A stretch of 42,906 bases of DNA from Parasitella parasitica NRRL 2501 (lineage: Eukaryota; Fungi; Mucoromycota), in contig MU619356.1 in the NCBI GenBank assembly GCA_025201805.1, forward strand, positions 1-42,906. Reading direction: 5' to 3'. A program made the position numbers and the translations under genes. Positions 1-12,440 of the stretch are shown in pieces. Positions within the stretch are counted from its first letter, which is position 1, and the number at the start of each line of letters is the position of its first letter. Under the pieces are notes generated by a model that did no database searches, had not been told where the DNA came from, and saw only the letters and a program-made list of their open reading frames with translations.

Positions 1-206
1 CGTTAGGTTTGATAGTTGGAGAGGGCGAACTGGAAAGTCCAGGTCGCGATGAATTTGCTAAAGTACGGGTAGTGTTTACCATGCGAAAGAAAGCTTCTTG
101 CCAATTATTTTTCAGCTGGCGCCATTTATTTTTTGATAACTGACATTTATTTTTCTGAAATCGCCATTTATTTTTTCGAAATGGACAAAATTTACCAGCC
201 GCACTG
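1..206 (-). mobile_element. Terminal region of a DNA transposon (probably Tc1/IS630-like) extending left out of the window
   Basis: 157-206 (gaaatcgccat...ggacaaaatttaccagccgcactg) is a diverged copy of 2657-2697, the end of the transposase remnant. The minus strand begins CAGTGCGGCTGGTAAA. About four ~21-bp subterminal repeats (gccatttattttt core) lie at 101-180. A minus-strand frame MVNTTRTLANSSRPG... runs off the window edge. Confidence 0.55.
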
Positions 207-229
207 GATATGGAATAGACCATGAAATC

Positions 230-1480
230 CGGCTTAAACTTTGAATTTTTCTCAAGCTCTCCATTCGCCCTATATAATTACTTATCAATACGTTGTATTT
301 TTTTTTATGGTTTTATGCTTTTTTTACTTTCAATTTCTTTCTTGGCAAACTCAGCGTTACCAACATCAAGTGCCTTCTTATGGCTATCATCCGAGAGATT
401 GATTAATCGTACGTCCATTTTGGCAAGAGTTCCATTTTTAATCGAGTAAGATGATCTAGTATCACCCCAATGAGCCATTAAACCCGAAGAACGAAATACA
501 GTTTCAATAAGATAACCCCGAAGCTTGATGATATATGTAATCTTGTTCTAATAGGAAGCTTTGTGCCTTTTCAGTGAAGACTTCAGACGAATAGTGATGT
601 ACTTTTAGGATATGTTGATATACGTCACGAACAATATCGTCTTGGTCAGAAATATGTGAATACTTGATACGGTGCTGGGATCTTCACAAGGATTTTCGAT
701 GATCGTTTTCATTGAGTTACAACAACGCTTCATAATTTTCGGTCGTGTCTAAATTGACTACTTTTTAAACAGGTGCAAACCTATTTTGACAGACTTGTAA
801 TGCTTCTTCTGGGAGTTGTGAGAGTTGAATACCTGCTGTTGTGTCTGTCATATCGAGAATACCATTCATACCTAGAGTAACAAAATATCTACTTTTTCTA
901 TCAAATATTTGAGAATTGCTTGCCAGTGTACCAATAAAACTACCAATAGAGGAGCTCAAGCCAGGGATGAAAACACCATCGACCTCGTTGACAAAAATTC
1001 TTCGGCAGGAAGGCTGAAAAGAATGATCGCTACTTTTGTTTTCTTTATGACTTTTGTGCGATTGAGGGTTTAAATTGGCTAGAGGAGGGATCAGAATTGA
1101 TAAATTTGATTTTCTGGTAAGCGTCGAGAGAATGTTGTCGACTTTCATGATCCAATAGCCCATCCCAAAACTCCTCTACAGATCTATTTGAAAGAATTTA
1201 GTTTGATTGCTTGTTAGAATGATGAGATTGCAAGACGTGGCTTTGTGTTAATCACTTACTGAAAATTCTGCTTCTAAGACTGCATTTGACCACTGTGAAT
1301 AGAGAGAATCATCCGAGCTTTTAGCAAATGTTACAATAGTAACGTAGTCATTCATGGCTCTATCTCGATTCTGATAGGAATAGTCTCCAGCAGCAAAAAT
1401 CCTGGGAAGCCCATTGTTCTCTTTGTAGTTATTCTCAAGCCATTTAGCGGTGTGCTGAAGCGATAGAACTTTCCACAAAA
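230..1480 (-). pseudogene. Decayed gene of a Mucorales multicopy family with a PD-(D/E)xK restriction-endonuclease-like C-terminal domain
   Basis: Co-oriented ORF fragments at 1248-1478 and 765-1163. A manually read frame at about 540-300 gives EQDY/IKLRGYLIETVFRSSGLMAHWGDTRSSYSIKNGTLAKMDVRLINLSDDSHKKALDVGNAEFAKK, a D...D...E-x-x-K pattern. Frameshifts and stops separate the pieces. Confidence 0.55.
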
Positions 1481-2039
1481 AAGTAATTGAATGTCATCCT
1501 CTTACGGGGCTACTTTGGAGATTCCAAATCAAGCTAACAAACAGATTACCTATATATCTAACCGTGAAACCACGAAGCAATCATAATCAATTAACAACCA
1601 GCTAAAAGAAATCGGACCACAAACCACATTTGGAACGCATAGACCAATGTAAGGACTGGTCCATGCATGTCATTTACAAATGTGTCAGAAACAGCGATAT
1701 TAGAATATCGTACTTGATATCATGTAAAATCAAATACAGACAAACTTGAACTTGGTCCGACTGACAGTTACCACGGCAAAACTGACAGACAGACCGTTTA
1801 CAACAACGAACATAAATAGAGTAGAAATGTCTAACCTTTGCACGTTATCCTATTTCAAAAATAAAAAAGGAATTAAATTGTATCTATTGTTGTGTTTACA
1901 CTTTTTACTATTCGTACAAGCGGCGTTCCTACAACTTACATTAAATATTGGTGAATATATTTACATTTTGCATGATTTTAGATTCGCCAATAACTTCTCT
2001 TTTCAAATAGGCTATTGCTAGATCTAGCAATCCTCTATT

Positions 2040-2697
2040 TAAATAGCTATCCTGAAAATCTTGCAACTGTTCCTACAGTCAACCTAGCCCAATTGTTTCC
2101 CATGTTGAAGTTAAATCTAGCCTTATTAATAAAGACGCTGAGTCTTTTCACTTCATGGACCATTCGTATCTTGTTTGCAAATTATTTTCAGAGTTTCTTG
2201 CCTTGGGGTAGAAGGTTGGCTTCTTGACTTTAGTGAACATGTTGTTTCTCAAGTGTTGGTTCATTTGAGACTTTGAGATCTTGAAGTTCTCAAAATGCGA
2301 TGTCAAGGAGAGTCAATAATAGTATTTACACCAAAGCATAGCATTACGAGGGTCTATTCCGAGATACTTTGCTTGTTTCCTTTTTCCATAGGACCTTTGG
2401 TCATTCGATCGATGAACACCTCTCTGGTCTGGTCATTATAGTCTTTGTAAACGCCGTTGTCAATTGGTTTGGTGACTTTTACAACTTTTTTTATCGTATC
2501 GTTTGCTGTAGTTTCTTTCTCTGTTGGTTTGAGACTCAAGAAATAGGACTTTGGCTCGTGATGGTTTCGAGTACTATGTCTGGATTACTAACTTAATGTC
2601 AATTTGACTTTGTCCAAAAGACAATCATTTTCAAGGCAACAGCCATTCGTTTTTGAGAAATCGCCATCACAACGGACAGAGTTTACCAGTCGCACTG
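2040..2697 (-). mobile_element. Tc1/IS630-like (DDE) transposon remnant with internal deletions
   Basis: Minus-strand fragments: YKDYNDQTREVFIDRM (HTH region), FENFKISKSQMNQHLRNNMFTKVKKPTFYPKARNSENNLQTRYEW, then VFINKARFNFNMGNNWAR, a decayed VFIDEAGFNINM..WAR first-catalytic-Asp motif. Terminal sequence at 2657-2697. Confidence 0.75.
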
Positions 2698-3086
2698 TGG
2701 TACTGTATCGCTGAATATCACCAAATATATTCTTTGTCAGTCAACCATGATATCTACATATCCGTCTCTTATAGTTATCAGAATCAATTAGTATAAATAT
2801 CCATTCATTTTATATCAATAAATTTTTATCCTATTTAACAATAATTCTTCTATAGTAAACCTTCAAATATTACAGTCATGAGGTGCAAAATATAATACTC
2901 CACAAGGTAACATATATTTAGGGAAAAAACTCAACAACTACCAAATCAAGCCTATGAGGACCATCCGCAAGGAAGTTGAATATTTTTTCAGCGGCAATGG
3001 GTTTTAGCTGTTTCTAGAAAAAAAAAAATATCGGCTTGATCACTTACTCTCAAACTCTTTTTTGAACCAGAATATAATAATTAAAC

Positions 3087-6000
3087 ATGCCATTTGATTA
3101 TATTCAATTATTAGATACAAGTGTCATTCATCAATTGAGATCGTGGGTTTTTATTCTTCCACTCTCCCAAACCTATAATTCATGCTTCTTTTAGGTCTCT
3201 TGTAATCACTTCCATAACACAATGCGTCAAAGAGTTGATTCATAATGGTATAATGGACGGAATTCATATAGAAGTACTTTTGCTTTACTAATGCAAAATG
3301 TAGCTCTTGATGCAAAGGCAGAAAACATTGATATATTTCTAGATATTGAAAAGTTTACTGTACAAGTAAACGACGATGGTTTTGGCATACAAAACTTGAA
3401 TAGAATAGGCCAAAGACATGGTGAGATTGTTAATGGAACACAGGAACCAGATTGTACTACTAATAGAAAAACTTGACACCATAGTTACCTCCAAATGCCA
3501 TTCATTATCTGACATAAAAGAGTTAAAGACATTTGGATATAGAGGAGAAGGTATAATTGAGATATCGCCAGCACACATAAGGGGTTCTCATCTTGTTTAA
3601 CAAATTAAAAAGCTTTAGCGGCTATCGCAAATGAATCATTGACTCAAATTATTTCAAAACACTATCTATCCAACGATACGTTTGAAGGTTTTTGGAGAGT
3701 ATATATATTAGATTTAATGACTACATTCGAAGGACAATGTATTAATGAAATTTTATTATCAAGGACGGAAAAATGGTTGGGGAAATTTACGTGTCAAAAC
3801 ATACCAGGAAAATCCGTTCAGGCACAAATGTGATTGTTCGAGATTTGTTTTATAAGGTAGATATCATCATAATACTGTTCTTTTGCACTGTGTAAACATA
3901 AGTATATAGTTTCCTGTTCGACGACGGCAAATAACATCGGCCTCTTCTTATCAACATATTGTCATCTTGGAGTCGGTGAAACGACTGATCACAACATTTG
4001 CAATTTTATTTCCACATGTTGCGTTTAATCTTGTAGACAATACACGCAACACAAAGATTTTGACTATCAAGAAGGTATTCTGTTAAAAACGCTAGTATAC
4101 ATGGATTAGTGGTAACATTGTGCTGCTCAAGACGAGATCTACATTGCAAACGTTCAAGCAAATATTAAGCCAGGAAGCTACCAATGTGAGCATACAATCA
4201 CTTGACAAATGCAGATGATGTTTCTGTTCTGATCGAAATACCGTATACAGAAATTTGAAACGATATTCTTGAACGAGAGCAATGTCAAGCTAGAGGGCCA
4301 TTTCTCTTCTAAAAGTTTCCCAAACAAGGTATGTTGTTTTCGTGTATATGTGGAGACTGATGAACTCATTTAAGTTAGTCGCATCAATATATTTGTAAGT
4401 ATACATCGAATGCTGGCCAAGCATTATGCAAGACTAAAATTTTCCCAAAGATTTCAATAATCACTTTCTCCCTTCAAACAACGAATTATACAAATACGTA
4501 TCGGATTTATTTTCTGCAAGCCAATTCTCAGTAAACAAGGTATACATTACATTGGATTCTGCGCCAAGTAAAAATTATTCAAATGTGGAATGTGCAGGAC
4601 CAAGAAAGGATTACGGCAAATGGTCAGCATGCGGGCAAAGGTATAGAGCATTAAGTACCAGACCAACTCGATTGGAGCTAAACCGATTGAATTTAGGAAG
4701 ATTCATTCAAAAATACCCAATTTATATCATCAAACTGTCATGCGACACCTGGAGCAGCTATGATATTAATGTGCATTTAGACATGTTTGCTGAATTCCAC
4801 GACTTCAAGAAGGTCAAAGCTATGCTGACAAAAGTTACCAACCAATTTCTCGATCAAGCAGGGTTTTTAAAAGGCACCATTGATAAGGAACCGCAAAGAA
4901 AGAGAAACAAAATTGAGAAAACTGGAAAAAATACTATCGACCCATATGTAGCGCATTCGGTTTCTTCCAATCAATCTCGTCTGAGCGAGCAAACTGAGGA
5001 ACAGCGGCAACCTGACTACTTGACATGGTGGGACCCCAGAAGACAAACCATGTTTTACATAGACCCAAATACAGGAAACAGGTACGTCTTATACCGTATA
5101 GCATGTGTTTTAGACACTTGAATTGTATGTTGAAACGTTGCTCGTTTTTATTAGTTTTCTGACTCCACCTCCACCGCCCCTACCATCATCTTTCTCCAGC
5201 CAAAGTTCCGTTTCTACAAATTCACAACGTAATGTTATTGACCGATCTCATCTGAAAAGAAGCCGCAAAGTATCGAATTTAGATGCACTGTTTAAAAATA
5301 TCAATAATTGGCCGCCCAGAAACCTTCATCTTGAAACTTCGTATAAACTGTCAAAACAGGACTTGAAAGACGCGACAGTGCTAAATCAAGTGGATAATAA
5401 GTTTATAGCCATTCAACCAAGATACCCAAGGATACTTATCATGATAGATCAGCATGCTGCAGATGAACGTATAAAGCTAGAGGAAATGGTATCAATTGGG
5501 ATACAATCAAGTACTATACTGGAGCCCGGTATTGCTATTCAACTCGATTCTCCTACTGAATACGAAGCATTGCAGAACGACGAACGTATTTTGAAATGCC
5601 TAAAAATGTGGGGTATACAGATTCGGATTCCTTCAAAATTGGAAGACAATATCAATACCCCAAACAACACGACACTCTCGCATTCTCGATTTTTTGATAC
5701 CAATCAAGCGTCCCCTCATTTTCATAAAAGCAAAGTTATCATTACACATTTGCCACAGCTGATAGCCGAACGATGCATATTGGATCATTCAATTCTGAAG
5801 AGCATTATACGGGACCACATGTATTGGATTAAAGAACAAACAGATGAGTTTGCAATATTCAATACATGCCCCAGAGGTATTTTGGAAATGCTTAAATCGC
5901 GAGCTTGTCGAAGTAGGTTTCAATAATAGGTAGAATAGACAGAGTGGTTGTTAAATTCTAGCTTTTAGGTGCCATCATGTTTAACGACACACTAGATCTA

Positions 6001-6220
6001 GAGGAATGTTCTACAATCGTGAAAAAATTATCAAACTGTAATTTTCCGTTTCAGTGTGCTCATGGAAGGTAGTAATAGCTATCTAGATCGAAATACTTGG
6101 CTTACCATCTTTGTTTTATATTATTCATTCAGGCCTTCAGCTGTACCAATCCAACTAGAAACGTCCCCGCCTGCAAGCACAATACAACGAAAAGTAAATT
6201 GGGAAAAATTTAAAAAATAG
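3087..6220 (+). CDS. MLH3: DNA mismatch repair / meiotic crossover protein MLH3 (MutL family), about 14-15 short introns
   Basis: Spliced N-terminal GHKL ATPase motifs: KELIHNALDA, VNDDGFGI, TSK, TFGYRGEALAAIA, GTNVIVRDLFYKFPVRR. C-terminal endonuclease motif DQHAADERIKLE, then KSRACRSAIMFND and CNFPFQCAHGRPS. ATG at 3087, TAG ends at 6220. Confidence 0.93.
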
Positions 6221-6554
6221 ATGTTTTGTTTCAATATATACTTTTTATTGACTAAATTGTTGATAACCAAGTGTATTTGTATGCGTCTTTTTTTTTTTTG
6301 ATTTTGTAACAATGCAATGAAAGGAATACCAAAGCGGAGTTGATATGTCAAATTCTTCATATGGTAATAGTATCCAGTTCAACTCAGGAACACATATTTC
6401 CAGGTGCGAAAAGGTCAAATTTCAACCGCAAGCTTATACTTTTTTATAATTAGTGATTTTTATTGTTGGGATATAGAAATCGAATATGTGATTGTTGAAA
6501 TTCAAAGTTTGAAAGAAAAATAAGTCTATTATACATAAAATTACAAGGAACTAA

Positions 6555-9500
6555 TTAGTTGTTCTCCTCCATGTATTCTTCAGGTGAAGGGCAGGTACAC
6601 ATCAAGTTGCGATCACCATAGGCATCATCAACGCGAGAAACGGATGGCCAGAACTTCTTTTCACGGAGGTAAGGCATAGGGAAAGCAGCGACTTCACGAG
6701 AGTAGGGACGGTCCCACTTATCGGCCATCAAGGTCTTGATAGAATGAGGAGCAGAGTTGAGCATGTTGTTACCAGTGGGCAATTTACCATCAATGACTTG
6801 TTGGATTTCGCCACGAATAGAGATCATAGCATCACAGAAGCGGTCGAGTTCAGCCTTGCTTTCAGATTCAGTAGGCTCAATCATGAGAGTGTTAGTGACA
6901 GGCCAGGACATGGTAGGGCTGTGGAAGCCGTAATCTTGAAGACGCTTGGCAACGTCAATAGCTTCAATACCGTGGTCGGTAAAAGGTCTGATATCGACAA
7001 TGAATTCATGACCACACATGCCGTTTTCGTTGGTGTACAAGATTTCATAATGGTCACCAAGACGGCTGGCCATGTAGTTGGCATTCAAGATAGCGAGCTT
7101 GGTAGATTGAGTAAGACCTTCGCCACCCATCATCTTGATGTAAGCCCAGGAGATAGGCAAGATAGAAGCAGAACCATAAGGAGCAGCAGAAACGGGACCA
7201 ATAGCATTTTGACCACCGCAAGCAATAACAGGATGACCAGGGAGATAAGGCTCAAGTTCCTTGGTGCAAGCAATAGGGCCCATACCAGGTCCACCACCAC
7301 CGTGAGGGATACAGAAGGTCTTGTGCAAGTTCATGTGGCAGACATCAGCACCAATTTCAGCAGGCTTGGTTAAACCAATTTGGGCGTTCAAGTTGGCGCC
7401 ATCGAGATAGACAAGACCACCATTTTCGTGAACAACCTTACAGGCTTCAGAGACACCGGCCTCGAACATACCAAAAGTAGAGGGGTAGGTAATCATAACA
7501 GCAGCCAACTTGTCCTTGTGCTTCTTGGCCTTGGCCTTCAAGTCCTCCATATCCAAATTACCGTCAGAGTCGCATTGAACAATAACAACGTCCATGCCAG
7601 ACATGGCAGCAGAAGCAGGGTTAGTACCGTGAGCAGAGATAGGAATCAAGCAGACGTTACGTTGGGCCTCACCACGAGCATGGTGATAGGCACGAATGAC
7701 ACGGAGACCGGCATACTCGCCTTGAGCACCAGAGTTGGGCTGGAGAGACACACCTTCGAAACCGGTAATTTCCTTCAAATCATCAGCAAGTTCATCGAGC
7801 ATGGTGACATAACCCTCAGTTTGTTCAACAGGTGCAAAAGGATGAATGTTGGAGAATTCAGGCCAGGTAACAGGAATCATTTCAGATGTGGCGTTCAACT
7901 TCATGGTACAGCTGCCAAGAGCAATCATAGAGTGGACCAAAGAGAGATCCTTGCTTTCAAGGTGATGGATGTAACGGAGCATCTCAGTTTCAGAGTGATA
8001 AGAGTTGAAAACAGGATGTTGCAAGTAGGCTGAAGTACGCTTAAGCTGACCAGGGAATGTGGCAGTCTTGGCATCGAGAGCACCAGAGAGCTCTTCAACG
8101 GTGACAGTGGGAGCGCCATCCTTTTGGAAGACGTTGACCAATTTGCCGAGTTCTTGTTCAGTGACAGCTTCATCGAGTGTAACACCAACAGTGCCGTTGT
8201 CGATAGCACGGATGTTGATTCCAGCAGCAGCAGCCTTTGTGAGGATAGAAGAAGAGTTACCAACCTTGATGGCAAGAGTGTCAAAGAAGTTTCCATCATT
8301 CTCGATAGTATAGCCAGCCTTGCGGATGCCTTCAGCCAAAACAGCTGTCAGGTTGTTGATACGCTGAGCAATAGCCTTGACACCCTCAGGACCGTGGTAG
8401 ACAGCGTACATAGCAGACATATTGGCTAAGAGAGCTTGGGCGGTACAGATATTACTGGTGGCCTTTTCACGACGGATGTGTTGTTCTCTGGTTTGCAGGG
8501 CAAGACGATAAGCATGGTTGCCATCGGCATCCTTGGAAACACCGATCAAACGACCAGGCATGCGACGCTTGTGTTCATCCTTACAGGCAAAGAAGGCAGC
8601 GTGAGGACCACCGAAACCCATGGGGACACCGAAGCGTTGAGAGTTACCGAGAGCCATATCAGCACCAAACTCTCCAGGAGACTTGAGCAAAGTCAAAGCC
8701 ATTAGGTCAGTAGCAACAGCAACTTGGCCGCCGGCAGCATGAACATTGGCAGTCAGTTCCTCATAATCCTTGACTGAACCACGAGTATCAGGGTACTAGA
8801 ATACAGAGGATGTAAGTATACGAAATTTCGGCAATTCAAAGATTGGAAATATAGACTGAATGCTATACACGCCACATTGGAACTCCACATCTTATCACAC
8901 GTTTCCCCACAATTTTGAAAATTACCTGTAATAAAACACCACAGAGATTCTTCTTGTTTTCAGCAAAGTTAAAGTGGAATGTGTCAGCAACAACAACCTC
9001 GATGTTAAATGATTCGGCGCGAGTCTTCAAGCAAGCAATGGTTTGGGGGTGGCAGTTTTCGTCGACAACAAAGAGATTCTTCTTGCGACGACCAGCTTGC
9101 CACGCCATCAACATGGCTTCGGCAGCAGCAGTGCCTTCATCCAAAAGAGAGGCGTTTGCAATAGGCATGCCAGTCAAATCAGTAATCATGGTCTGGTAGT
9201 TCAAGAGAGACTCCAAACGACCTTGAGCAATCTCAGGTTGATAGGGAGTGTACTACGATAAATTAGCGGACATGCTCCACGCAATACTGCTGCACAACGA
9301 CTTACTTGAGTATACCATGCGGGGTTCTCGAGAACGTTACGCAAAATGACATTGGGCACAACTGTGTCAGTATAGCCTTGGCCAATGTATGAACGGTTGA
9401 CCTTGTTCTTGGAAGCAATGTCCTTGAGACGGGCAAGCAATTGACGCTCAGGTACACCTTCAGGGATACTCAAGGCTTTAGGAGAACGGATGGCGGAGGG

Positions 9501-9764
9501 GATAGTCTTTGCAAGCAGCTCGTCAATGTTTTTAACGCCGAGTTGATTCAGCATTGACTTGATTTCCTTTGACTCGGAACCAAGATGGCGGCGAGGGAAT
9601 GTATCAAGAGGAGCGAGCTTGGCAAGAGCAGGCTTTGTTGTATGTTGAAAGCGAACGAAAGGCTTGGTGACGATGCTGGGTTGTCTTAATTGTTGAGAAG
9701 CCAAGCGTTGTGCAGGTAAACGTGCAATAGCACCCTTGGATCTGATAGCAATGCGAGACAACAT
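6555..9764 (-). CDS. GCV2: Mitochondrial glycine dehydrogenase (glycine cleavage system P protein), about 1008 aa, 3 exons
   Basis: Exons 9764-9306, 9252-8926 and 8795-6555 with GT-AG introns. Motifs [58 protein letters not shown] (PLP lysine) and [14 protein letters not shown]. Arg-rich presequence. Confidence 0.98.
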
Positions 9765-12403
9765 TTGCTTTTTTTTTTTATTTTAAACAAGATACAAGAG
9801 AATAAGAAAGGAAAAGCTCAGTTTTAGAATCCAAATTTCATAGTATTTATTCGATTTCGAAATTGGCGCGTGAATGCTTTGGATGCTAGATGATTCGTAT
9901 CTATTGGGGAAGCAAGGTTTGATCTACCTGCCATTACAGGCAACATCTTGGCCCCGAGTACATCCACTCTGTCAGAATAGTCACTATTTTTTTTTCAGGA
10001 AAAAAAAAACTTGCCTTTTAAAGCATTGGAAGAGTTGCTATTTGCATTGCTTGCTACAGCTTTTTGTTGTTCATCGACATGAATGTCTTAATTGTTACTA
10101 AAAAATGTAAAATATTGTAATGCAAACAGATTTCTTTGCTGCAATAACCGAGCAAGAGAGAAAATACCGTATAAACATAAGAAAAGGAACATATACAACG
10201 CTGGTGAATTGATCGTGCCTGGATTTTTTTTTCTTTTTTTTCTGTGCAGTTGCAGTTATCTTTTATTTGTCGACTCTTTGGATGATAGAAAAAGACCATC
10301 AAAAGCCAAACGTACCCGAAAATGTTTTTTTGTGAAACCTTGTCGGTTGAGTATATAAATAAGAATTAAATGTTTTTTCTAACTGGACAGTGTGATTCAC
10401 ACGGACATCTACAGCCTTAGCATCTACATCTATTATATCAATGTCGGAATTTCGTACCCGAAATATAGTAAATCTATCTTTGTGTGTCTATTTGATTTTC
10501 CACACATATTTGAATCAAGATTTCCTCGGATTTTTGGCTGCTGTTATGCAGACACATGCATGATTTTCGGTTATGTACATATTGAATCTCGGATAAACGT
10601 TAAATTGAAAGTCGTCATCTTATTCCGGGCGCACTGACATTTATGATGACGACGAAGACGATCAATGGTAGGGACGATGAGCAAGCGTGTCTGCTGCCAT
10701 GTTTCGTATGTGTATTTACTATCAACATTTTCTTTATTGACTGTAGATTACTTGATTTTGAATGACTCCTCCTTGAAATGAAATCAATGCATGACGAGTG
10801 TCATCAAATGACGCTATGCAAAATATGGTTCCATATGAAAACTTTTTACAACTTACCTAAATCAGAGAAACTAGTTGATATATATTGTTTGTGCATGAGC
10901 CCGTCTTGAAAATCAGTGGGATATTTTAGATTTGCGCAGATTCTGCCACAGTATGAAGGGTCTCTATCGTAACAGCAAATATGACGCTATTTGCATCGCC
11001 TTTTTCTCTTCGCTATTTTTAATATGATACCCAACAAAAATATCTCGCCTGGATGTCAAGTATTAAAAGAATTTTTTAATTATAGCTACCATCTTTTTAC
11101 CGAACTTTATTCAATAAATCTAATGAATTGAAATGCTTTAAAACATTTGTTGTTATTTTGAATTCTGTCATCTTTATTGTACGACTCAAGCTGTCCCTTT
11201 TCTTGGTATGCTATATATTAAAAAAAAAAATTAAAAAAATAGAATAGCAAAATTCATTCACAAAGAACTATACAAATACATCCCAACATTTAATAAGCCG
11301 ACTTGTATCCTCGAACCAGGTTTAAAGAATTAGGTGGTGGCTATCCCTACTCCTTCACCCAATGGATACACTGCTGGCTTATTCCTAACAGCATGCTAAT
11401 CTTGCTATTCGAACACCTTTTGGTGCATTTTTATGGTAAATAATAGCCCTGCATCAAATAATTCACAAGATAGGAAGCGGCACTCTTCCCATCAGCAATA
11501 AAATGAGAACTACTCTCAAAGCCTTATATATGCAGGATTTCTAATTAATATGATAAAAGCATTTGAATTAAAACCCTCGCTTATTACCGTCAAATTTGTA
11601 TCAAGATACCAGTTAATATTAATATTACGACAGTCTTGACATTAACTTTTGCCTTATAATGCTTTTACTTGGTTGTTTAATCGATATATTTCACTATATA
11701 TTTGCTATACACAATGAAATACATTCTAATATGTAATGCAGGTAATCCTTTTACTGAGATCCTATAAAGTAGATGCATCGCCTAAGAGGTTTACCAATAC
11801 GCACTTGCGCTTTCTTGTTATTATTTATGTCCTGTTTTTAATTGTGTACAATTGATGGTTTAGGAAGTTCATGTTACTTGACCAAAGCTGTCATTGGCTG
11901 ACAAGTATAAGAGGCCAAGTGAACTAATTTTGTGATGATAGATATCTTGGTATTTGTATTTATCAGATGAACTCATATTTTTATAATATTTATGAGTGAC
12001 ATAACATATCTATTTAGATTTTCGCCATTTAATACATAATACTTAGAAAGGCGCTTTGCTTTTTTGGGTCTGTACTAATCCTTATGAAGATTATGACCCG
12101 CAAAGTCGGAATTTGCCTTATATAATACCCAAGATACTACATTTTATTCAAACAATCTCAAATTTAGATGCTGAGATTTTAGTCAACAAAAATATCAGTT
12201 TCTAGTGCATGACTTCCTTGCAAGATTCTTGGTAAAACTCGTCGTTGTATGCTCCATCCTTCGATGAGCCTTATCTCTAATTCTTGAGGCTTTTGATTTT
12301 ATGCTTTCTTTTCTCAAGCTTCTTTTCTAAATAGGCTCAGATGTGTTGAATATTAGCTTTCCCTCTGTAACATGGGACACTATTATTTTGAAGAATGGAT
12401 GGT

Positions 12404-12440
12404 ATTTTTTTTTTTTTTTTTTTTTTTTTTNNNNNNNNNN
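12404..12440. other. Poly-T run followed by a 10-N assembly gap
   Basis: Ns at 12431-12440 directly after a long T homopolymer. Confidence 0.95.

Noticed and set aside
6744-8705. Long plus-strand ORFs (209, 217 aa and others) opposite GCV2
   Set aside because: Antisense shadows of a strongly codon-biased gene; no motifs.
9765-10300. Glycine riboswitch upstream of GCV2
   Set aside because: No aptamer-like conserved sequence visible, and the class is not known in fungi.
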